Shown here: positions 26,177 through 37,300 of the stretch, in pieces
How positions within the stretch are numbered: position 1 is the first letter of the stretch
Layout of the letters: the number at the start of each line of letters is the position of its first letter
NCBI RefSeq assembly: GCF_006345805.1
Contig: NC_043004.1
Location: 90,706,001 to 90,770,000, forward strand
Length of the DNA: 64,000 nucleotides
Reading direction: 5' to 3'
Source of the DNA: Octopus sinensis
Lineage: Eukaryota
Translations under genes and position numbers: made by a program
The notes under the pieces: model-generated
What the model was told of the DNA's origin: nothing
The model's database searches: none
Seen by the model: the letters and a program-made list of their open reading frames with translations, nothing else

Positions 26177-27250
26177 ACTAAAGATATATATATATGTTTG
26201 TGTGTGTCTCTGTTTCCATTTCAGATTAAGTATATGTATGAAATGAATGAGTGAGTGATTTGGTATTTATTTTAAATTGAAGGGAAAAGAAAATAGAAAT
26301 TCTTATGCTGTCAAATGACTCTCAAAAACCATTAAATATAAATGATTAGAAACAATAAGAAAAATTATGAATATGTATATTATGTTTATTTATTTTTAAA
26401 AAATCATTCTTCAGGTATGATGTCATCACATCTGAGGTGAATATATCTACATGTAATATGAGTATCATGGAAATAATTAAATTTATGTACTTATATTCTT
26501 TATTTTCTTTCAAATAGAGCTGTTCCTGATATTTTGTGTATTGAAACTCTTGTTAATGTGTCATATAGTCTGTATAATAATTATATCACATTACCTACTT
26601 AATTAGATTTATTCTTTTATTTCATTTTCCAATTAGCTTTCTGTAATTAGTTCTATATTTTTAAAACTTAAAATTGAAAAAGAATATATGAAAAAAAAAA
26701 TGAAATACAGTTTATATTTGTTTTATATTTTGTTCTCCTTTTGAAAGAAAAAAAAAATTTGCCAAAATATATCTCATCGGGAATTACTATTTGTCTGCTT
26801 AAGATATCGCAGGAATCAGAAGGTGAAGCACAGCAGCTTCCGAGCGGGACCTGATGTTGTACCAGACATACCTGAAGGTAGCAAAGAAACAGACCCTTTC
26901 CTCATTGGAAGCCCGCATGGTAAGACCATACATGCCAACCCTCTGTCTACAACAGTGTTTAATAGCTATCAATGAAATAGTAGTTCAGTATTCAATACAT
27001 CACATAAGTAAATATTCTTGTATTAAGTATTTTTAAAAACAATGTAAACACTGTATTTTGTTGTGTAGGTGTGTATATTTGTATGTGTTTATACACATAT
27101 ACACCCTTACACATGTACACACACATACACAAATGTATGCATATATAATTACAATTGTAAATGCACATACAGATATCCATGTGTGTGAGATGTATGTGTG
27201 TATATGTAATGTATGTATGTAATGTATATATACAATGTGTGTGTATATAT

Positions 27251-27309
<59 letters not shown>

Positions 27310-29154
27310 ACACATACACACACATGTATGTATGTTAAATGTTTATATCATATGTATAATCTATCACATCATCCCATAAGTAATGCCCAAATATTGGACA
27401 AGAAAAAAAAAAGAACTCTATATTTCATATTTCTATTTGGATACCTTCTTTAATGTAATCACCATCATTATCAAAGACTTTCTTCCACTGATTTATAAGC
27501 TTCTTGATACCATTTGTGTAATATTCTTATGGTCTTGTGGAAAAGATGTAGTTTCTAATTTTCATATGGTGGAAAAAAGATGTAGTTTCCACATCTTCAT
27601 ATATTAAGAACTTGTCCACCAAAACGATTCTGTAAACTAGGTTATAATCAGATGGAGCAAGATCCGATGAATAAAGCGGTGGTCGTGGAATTTTACCCCA
27701 GCCAAGGTTTCAGTCTTTTCAGACATCATCTTTGATGTATGGGACCATGCATTATCATGATGGAATACCTCTCCTTTGTGATTCACTAAAACAGGCCTGT
27801 TTTCCTTCAAAGTAGTGTTTAAACATTCTAACTGCTAGCAACAAATGTCTGCTGTAATCATTCCATTTACTGATAGCAACTGAGAGTGGATCACACCAAC
27901 AATCCTACATTTTTCTTGGTTGGAGGTCTCTCTTTGGTTCAGCCAGTTCTCCTTCATGTAGCCATTTAGTAAAATTGTTGTTATCAAGCTGAGACTTGGA
28001 GCATAAATTAACATGGACCTTTGAGGGAAAGTTTTAATTTAGATCACTTTAAAACAGTATTCTTTTACTCTTTCACTTGTTTCAGTCATTTGACTGCGGC
28101 AATGCTGGAGCACCGCTTTTAGTCGAGCAAATCGACCCCGAGACTTATTCTTTGTAATCCCAGTACTTATTCTATCGGTCTCTTTTGCCAAACCGCTAAG
28201 TGACGGGGACGTAAACACACCCGCATCGGTTGTCAAGCAATGCTAGGGGGACAAACACAGACACACAAACACATACACACATACATATATATATATACAT
28301 ATATACGACAGGCTTCTTTCAGTTTCCATCTACCAAATCCACTCACAAGGCATTGGTCGGCCCGGGGCTATAGCAGAAGACACTTGCCCAAGGTGCCACG
28401 CAGTGGGACTGAATTCGGAACCATGTGGTTGGTTAGCAAGCTACTTACCACACAGCCACTCCTGCGCCTGTTTATATTATGTTTACATTATAAAACCAAG
28501 GTCAGTTTTAGATGGGTTGATATCAAAAGTCACTTATTTGTCCAAAGATGGTGGTATGAATTCAAGAGAGTGTGGAGAATTATAGAAATCTATATGTGCA
28601 GTGCTAATGTTTTCTCTCAAATTATGGGGAACTCATTTGGAAAGGTACCTAAGCACCTTTCCAAGTTGTTGCAGACGTAGTAAACTGTTGAATGGTTTGA
28701 ATTCAGCTTTTGGGCCAATACTTCAATTTTAACAGCATTGTTCGATAAAGTTTTGATAAAAACATATCTTTATTAAACTGAAGAGACAGTCTGTTTATAA
28801 AGCAGCTTTTAAGCTGAAATTACTCTCCCTAAAAGCTTCAAATCGTCTTTCACTAGTTCTTTCATTTAAGAACTCTTTCCTATCAATGCCATGAATATTT
28901 TGGATGACTTCTGCCCAATTATGGTTTTCGTTTTTACTCATATGCCATTAAATGCTTTAAATACGCTGTGGACATGTCTATCTTTAGTAGAGTTAAAGCA
29001 GTAACAAAATTGGCTGATACATACTGTAACAACATAAATTACTATATGACTAATTTGTACTGCTGCTATTCAGGTATTTGAAAATAAACAAAACTAACCA
29101 CCATACAGATTCATTACATATGATGTGACCTTATACATACATACATAATAAATA

Positions 29155-29205
<51 letters not shown>

Positions 29206-29254
29206 GCATGTGTGTGCCTAGCTGTGTGTGTGTGTGTATCTGTCTGTCTATCTG

Positions 29255-29308
<54 letters not shown>

Positions 29309-32300
29309 ATATCATATAAAGTATAATTTTTATGCATAATAAATAATATAAATCTGTATATATGTATATATATATATATATATATAGTTAATCCAAACAA
29401 GAAAGCACAAAAAAAACACAACAACGCGAGGACGTGGAACAAATATAGTATTATTGGATGCTAAGGAAAGAAGGAGGGTTTAATGTTTCGAGCAGAGCTC
29501 TTCGTCTGAAACATAGGAGAAGGAAAGATCCAGAGAAGGGAAGACAGAGGAAAAAAAAAATCGCCAATGGTAAACACGCGGTCACATTTTGAATTATTTG
29601 TGTATATATATGTGTATATATATATATATATACTTTATTTAAAGCAGCAGAAAATTCAACAAAATCTGTTACTCTGAGTTTCTCGTTGCCGTTCATCAGA
29701 CAGTTTTTGCTAGAATCTAGCAAAAACTGTCTGATGAACGGCAACGAGAAACTCAGAGTAACAGATTTTGTTGAATTTTCTGCTGCTTTAAATAAAGCAT
29801 ATTACTCTACCACTGGTATTTGAGTACTCTTTTTTCCACCTTGTTTCACATTTATGTGTTTACTCCGGTATATATATATATATATATAGATAGATAGATA
29901 GATATCCATTGATCATCTGCAACTAAAACAGGCCAAAACTCTTGTTTTATCATTCACTGTTATTTCTGTTGCATCGTAATCTTCAGCTTGCAGTCCTTTT
30001 TAGAGATATTTGGCAACAACCAGTGAGTGGGCTGAATAAGGTTTTCCAATTGGTCAGAACAGAATGCTCCTTGATGTGATGTTATACAAGTTGATTTGGC
30101 ATTAGTGATAGACAGGAGATGGTTATGGTTTGAAATTTTGAAATGGAAGGAAATAAATGGAATAAATACATTAAGTAAATTATTAAAGGGAAATAAGCCA
30201 GTCTATTACTGGTCTTTAAGTGGTCTCTGATGTTTGGATATTTTCATTCATATATTCAAAGAGATGAAGGACAAATAAGATGGGATAGGATAACTGAAAT
30301 GAAATATCTCTTGGTACCACCTTTCATATCTCTTTGCAGTTACTCCGACCCACCCTTGTATAATGTGGGGTAGTGATGTATCTCCTCTGTAGTAAGACAT
30401 TTGTGCTTGTCTCTCTGTCATACTTTAGCTTCTAAATGCCTGGCAAAAGGCCATTTCTCTTTCTGTTATTGCCACACTCAGTCGAGGGGTCTTGCAAGTT
30501 ATGTGATCACTAATGCCGGTGATATGGAGCTTGACATAGTCCTCCCATTTGTTGGACCCTATTTAACCGACAAACCCATGCCAGCATAGAAGATGGACAT
30601 TAATGATGATGATGATGATGAAACTAAATAAATAGAATAGAGAAAATGAAATGGAATAAAGGAAATAAGATTGGAAAGATAAATAAATAAAAATATAGTA
30701 AACGGGTATAAAGTTTGATAGTATAAATTTTGGATTAATCTGGGTGGATGGGTGTTGTGATTATAGAGTGAAGTACTCAGGTTTCTTGGATTCACTCAAT
30801 ATATGACATAGGGTTGTAATGTACATAGTTGGGAGGCCAGGAGTATATTGTGTATCATCATCATCATCGTCATTTAGCATCCGTTTTTCCAGGCTAGCAT
30901 GGGTTGGACGGTTCATCTGGGGTCTGGGAAGCCAGAAGGCTGCACCAGGCTCCAGTCTGATCTGGCAGTGTTTCTACGGCTGGATGCCCTTCCTAACGCC
31001 AACCACTCCACGAGTGTAGTGGGTGCTTTTTACGTGCCACCCGCACAGGAGCCAGACGGAGCTGGCAAACGGCCACAAACGGATGGTGCTTTTACGTGCC
31101 ACCGGCACGGGGGCCAGGCGAGATATTTTTGTTGCTTACATGAGTTCATAGTAGTTTGTAGATTAAACATTTATTAGTGTAGTACTGTATTTATGGTGTT
31201 ACATGATCATCATCATCGTTTAGCGTCCGCTTTCCATGCTAGCATGGGTTGGACGGTTCAACTGGGGTCTGGGAAGCCAGAAGGCTGCACCAGGCCCAGT
31301 CTGATCTGGCAATGTTTTTACAGCTGGATGCCCTTCCTAACGCCAACCACTCCATGAGTGTAGTGGGTGCTTTTTACGTGCCAGACGAGTCTGGCAAACG
31401 GCCACGATCACGATCATGATCATGTTAATATTTAAGGTTCGTGGCAGTTTATGACTTTTGTATCAACGGGTGCATATGCCATGACATGAGGTGGGAATTA
31501 TTTGTGTGGACTCATTTATAGCTTGAACATGGCTAAATCTAGTGTGGTGTTTCTGCTTCCACTAGCAGCAATATGTTATGTGGCTTAAAGTTTATGACAT
31601 CTTATAACTTATGTAACTAATATGTGCAGTCACCATGCCTTGGTGTTGTTTCCTGGTTGTTAAGTAAACAGTCAGTTCACTTTTGAGGAGTGAGAGTTTT
31701 CCTTCCATGGATAGGAACCAAGGAGTACAGTGATTCAGACAGGGTGCCAAAGTAATGTCAATGTGAAGAGACAAAGAGAGAGAGAGAGAGAACACACACA
31801 CACACACACACACACATGTATTTATATATTTATTTGTGTATATATGTGTATAGATATATACATGTGTTTGTATATTATGTATATACGTATATATTGATAT
31901 GCATAAGTATATGTTTATATATGTTTGTGATTGTGTATATATATATACATACATACATACATACATACACACATGTGCATATTCAAGAAGGTTACGGAGA
32001 GGGTCATAGCCCAACTAATTAGAGAGAGAGTTAGTTGAGATGAGATGCAGTTTGGGTTTGTGCCAGGGAAAAGTACTACTGATGCTATATTCCTGGTAAG
32101 GCAGCTGCAGGAGAAATACCTAGCCAAAGATAAGCCCCTGTACCTGGCTTTTGTTGACATGGAGAAAGCCTTCGACAGGGTCCCCCGATCCCTTATCTGG
32201 TGGGCAATGAGGAAACTAGGGATAGATGAATGGTTAGTGAGAGCTGTGCGGGCCATGTACAGGGACGCCGCTAGTAGGGTGAGGGTTGGAAATGTGTACA

Positions 32301-34330
32301 GTGAAGAATTCCGGGTAGAGGTAGGAGTCCACCAAGGCTCAGTACTCAGCCCCCTCCTATTTATCATAGTCCTCCAGGCAATAACGGAGGAATTCAAGAC
32401 AGGATGCCCTTGGGAGCTCCTCTATGCTGATGACCTTGCTCTAATTGCTGAGTCGCTATCAGAACTGGAGGAGAAGTTTCAGGTGTGGAAACAAGGATTA
32501 GAATCGAAGGGCCTCAGAGTCAATCTAGCTAAAACCAAAGTCGTAATCAGTAGGAAGGTAGACAAATCACAAAACCTTCAGGTAGATGGCCTGCTCGATC
32601 TGTAGAAAAGGTGTAGGTAGAAACTCTATAAGATGCACCAAGTGTAAGCTATGGACACATAAGAGATGCAGCAATGTCAAAGGAAGGCTAACTAGGAAGA
32701 TGGTTTTGTATGTGGCAGATGCTCAAGAACAATAAACACTGAAAATGCTCTGAGACCAACTTCCGTCACTTTCCAGGGAGAAAAACTAGAAATAGTTGAT
32801 AGTTTCCGTTACCTAGGTGACCAAGTCAGCAGCGGGGGCGGGTGTGCTGAAAGTGTAACTGCTAGAGTAAGAATAGCTTGGGCAAAGTTCAGAGAGCTCT
32901 TACCTCTGCTGGTGACAAAAGGCCTCTCGCACAGAGTGAAAGGCAGACTGTATGATGCGTGTGTACACAGCCATGCTACATGGCAGTGAAACATGGGCCG
33001 TGACTGCTGAGGATATGCGTAAGCTCGCTAGAAATGAAGCCAGTATGCTCCGATGGATGTGTAATGCCGGTACTCACACTCGGCAGAGTGTAAGTACCTT
33101 GAGAGAAAAGCTGGACCTAAGAAGCATCAGTTGTGGTGTGCAAGAGAGACGTTTGCGCTGGTATGGTCATGTGGCGAGAATGGATGAAGATAGTTGTGTG
33201 AAAAAGTGCCACACCCTAGCGGTTGAGGGAACCTGTGGAAGAGGCAGACCCAGGAAAACCTGGGATGAGGTGGTGAAGCACGACCTTCGAACTTTAGGTC
33301 TCACTGAGGAAATGACTAGAGACCGAGACCTGGAAGTGTGCTGTGCGCGAGAAGACCCGGCAGGACAAGTGAGTCCATAACCCGTGGCCTTCTACATGGG
33401 ATGGAGCCAGCCTACGTATGCATACCTTCCCTTCTTGGGACACTCTACTTGTGAAGACGTGATGAGGCAAGTGAGGATCAGAATCGAAATCGATCAATGG
33501 AAATTGCGGATGTGCTACCAGTGCCGGTGGCTTGTGAAGACCCGTTGAGGCAAGTGACGATCAGAATCAAAATCGATCAATGGAAATCGATCAATGGAAA
33601 TTGCAGATGTGTTACCAGTGCCGGTGGCATGTAAGAGAACTTTCCGTTTCGCGACCGTTGCCAGCACCGCCCCGTTTCGTGTCCGTTGCCAGCCTCGCCT
33701 GGCCCTCGTGCCGGTGGCACATAAAAAGCACCATCCGTTCGTGGCCGTTTGCCAGCTCTGTCTGGCACCAGTGCGGGTGGCACGTAAAAAGCACCCACTA
33801 CACTCACGGAGTGGTTGGCGTTAGGAAGGGCATCCAGCCGTAGAAACACTGCCAGATTTGACTGGGCCTGATGAAGCCTTCTGGCTTCACAGACCCCAGT
33901 AGAACCGTCCAACCCATGCTAGCATGGAAAACGGACGCTAAACGATGATGATGATGATGTATTCATTTGTATACATATGCACATATATACATATGTGCAC
34001 ACATATTTGCAGACATGTTTAGCATATGCTTGTTATGTCATTTTTTTAAAAGCTAGTTTCAGATTAGTAATGGAACACATTGATTATAAGATTCAGTACA
34101 GAAAATAGCCAAATTTATCATTAATTTTGTTCTGACTAGGATTTTAAGTTTCACTTGATAGCTTTTTGAACCAGACCATATACATAGAAATATGTTTGTG
34201 TGTAGATTTATATCATATATACATGTCTGCATACATACATACATACATACATACATACACATACACACATATATACGTGCTTATATATTTATACATACAC
34301 ACACACATAGACACATGTATATACATACAT

Positions 34331-34371
<41 letters not shown>

Positions 34372-37300
34372 TATATACAATATATGCATACATGCATACA
34401 TATGTGTGTGTGTGTATACACATATATACACACACATTCATATATATACATGTATATATATATAGATATACATATATATATATACATATATATATCTATG
34501 TATATACATGTGTGTGCATATATACACATACACACATATATGTATTTACTTATATACATATATATGTATTTATATACGTACATACATACATATATGTATA
34601 CACACACATGCACATACATAGGTATAGATATTTATTTTTATTTTCAAGTTTACTTTTTAAGAATATCATGTATAAAAGAAAGTTTTGAAAAGGTAAATTT
34701 TAAGTTTGTGTGTAAGCGTATGCATTTGTGTGTGTTGTGTGTATACACATCCGCAAACTAATGCATGTACACACAAAAATATGTATTTAAAAAAAAAACT
34801 TTTTCAAGAATCCAATTAATGTGTTCAATAAATAAATGTTTTATCTCATTAAAAAAAAAAAATTTTTTTATATTTTTCCCAACAATGAAGTTTTAAAAGC
34901 AAAAGTGAAAAGAAAAAACAAAAGCTAAAAATGAAACATAAAAAAAGCAATGAAATAAATAAAGATTTAAATACTGAAAAAAAAAAATGATATTTAAACT
35001 CTTTGTATAAATTGGGTTGGCATGTACGTCTGGCATTTAAAATCAATTTTCTCTCTTTGCTCCTTTAACACAGAAGCTATTTCTACTTTGCATTCATTTT
35101 CAATAATCTGGCTGTCCCAGCTGTTGCTGCTTCTGCAAGCTTCTTTTGAATGCTCCCCTTCTATTGGACAGTTAAGAATTGCAGTTGTATGAATTTGTTC
35201 GTGTTTTGGTTTTTAAAAAAAAAAAAAAAAATTTTTTTTGGCCAATGTCAAATTTGTCTTAATTTTGTTTTTAATTTTGAAGCAAGTGCAGTTTTCAAAG
35301 TCTCATTTTTGTTTTCTACATATTAAACTGTGTTTTAGTTGCATTTTTCATTTTTGTTGTTCTTGTTGTTATTATCATCATTAGTGGGTGATTTAGGTAG
35401 AATTGCTAGAGCAACAGATAACAGACCTTACTGAATTTCTTTTCTTGTCTTTATGTTTCAAGTTTTCAAACCCAGTTGAAGTCAGTATTCCTTTCATCCT
35501 TTTCAGAGTTAATAAAATAAAGTACCACTGAAGCACTTGTTTCAAGACAATTAATTAACACCTATCCCTAAATTTCAGGCCATGTACCTTTGTTAGAAGC
35601 AGTTATTATTATTATTATTATTATTATTAGAAAGTGGTGAGCTGGCAAAATTGTTAGCACACCGGGCAAAATGCTTAAAGGAATTTCATTTGTCCTTACG
35701 TCCTGAGTTCAAATTCCACCGAGGTTGAATTTTCTTTCCATCCTTTCAGGGTCGTTAAATTAAGTACCAGTGAAACACTGGGGTTAATGTAATTGACTTG
35801 TCCCCTCTCCCAAAATTTCAGGCCTTGTGCCTTTAGTAGGAAGGATTATTATATTATTATTGTAAAGAGCCGGCAAAACTGTTACTGTTCTGGACAAAAT
35901 GCTTAGCACCATTTCATCTGGCTTTACACTCAAAGTTCAAATGCTGCTGAGGTCAAGTTTGCCTTTCATCCTTTTGGTATTAATAATATAAGTACCAGTT
36001 GGACACTGGGGTTGATGTCATCAACTTCCCCCTTCCACCATAGTTTCCAGCCAGGTGCCTGTAGAAAAGATTATCATTATTGTAAAGGTGGCAAGCTGGT
36101 AGATGTGCTAGCACATTGTGTAAAATACTTAGCAGCATTTCTTTTGGCTCTTTATGTTGTGAGTTCAAATTCCACTGGGGTTAACTATGCCTTTCATCTT
36201 TTTGGGTTCAATAAAATAAGTAGTAGTTGAGTACTGGAGTTAATGCAATTGACTTAACCCTCTTCCTAAAGTAACTGACCTTGGGCCAAAATTCGAAACA
36301 GTTATTATTGTCAGATAAGTGACCATTTCTTTAGCAACACCGTGCCCCATTTTCTTACCCCATCGGAAAGGATTTACTTTTACTTGAGAAGAGACTATTA
36401 ATATAGATTGGCAGAATCAATAGGTTGTTTGACCCTACAGCATTTAGGTTATCTCTTTAAATTTTGAGTTTAAATATTGCAAACACTGAATTTGTCTTTC
36501 ATTCTCCTGGAGATCAATAAAATAATGTTACAGTGAAATTGTGGAGTGAGTCTAAGTGACTATATCACTTCTCTAAAATTTATTGCCTTGTATCCAAGTC
36601 AGAAATGGTGATTATATTTCTGTTTACAATCTATACATACTCTAATCTGGTAAAAGACTATTCAGCCACTTTAACATAAAAGTAAATCCATGTATTACAG
36701 ATGAAGAGTAACTTCATTAGAGTGCTATCTGCTGAACTTCACAGAAGGAAGGTTTACTTGGCAGTCTTTCATTGTTTTCTTTGTGTCATCCTCTTCTTTT
36801 CCTAACAATTCTAATTATGGGGACTGTTCTTGTGTCTGTATTTTACATGTGTTAGTTACATTTTGAAAGGTTTCATCTTCATTATTTCTATCACCTGTCA
36901 TCATTATTTTAATGTCCACTTTTCCATGCTTGCATGGGTCGAACAGAATTTGTTGAGGCAAAGTTTTTATGGCTGGATGTTCTTTCTGTTGCTAACCCTC
37001 ACCTATTTCCAAGCAAGGAAATATTTCCCCATGACCAGACATGTTTTTGCAGAATATTGGAAATGAACAACACTGCTTGTATGACAGTGACACACATTTA
37101 CAACTACTATATAATGTCAAGATAAGGAGACACAAGTGTGTACACACACACACACACACACACACAGATATACATACATATGTACATATAAGTTAGCCTC
37201 CTTTCAGTTTTTTTGTCTATTAAATCCACTCACATGGCTTTGGTCAACTCAAAGCTGTAGTAGAAGACACTTGCCCAAGGTGCCATGCAGTGGGACTGAA

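Noticed and set aside
26415-26436. Possible 22-nt micro-exon (ttcttcag|gtatga..gag|gtgaat)
   Set aside because: It would break the frame between the TM exon and exon 26804; no positive evidence.
27693-27733. Hammerhead-like GATGA-t-gtct-gaaa-agac-t-GAAAcc..ggTA on the minus strand
   Set aside because: It lies in frame inside a mariner transposase remnant (HDNA..PSDY), and the CU of the core is absent; coincidental.
33620-33810. Regularly spaced hairpin repeats resembling a CRISPR array
   Set aside because: Eukaryotic intron context; the units belong to the RTE 3' UTR, the spacers are related to each other, and no cas genes are present.
33868-33892. CTGATGA-agcc-ttct-ggct in the RTE 3' UTR
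   Set aside because: No GAAA follows, and other copies read ggtgcagcc here, so it is a private mutation.
34192-34761. Long ORFs rich in YI/HT/CV repeats (here and at many other positions)
   Set aside because: They are translations of (TA)n, (CA)n and (TG)n microsatellites, with no domain content or splice support.
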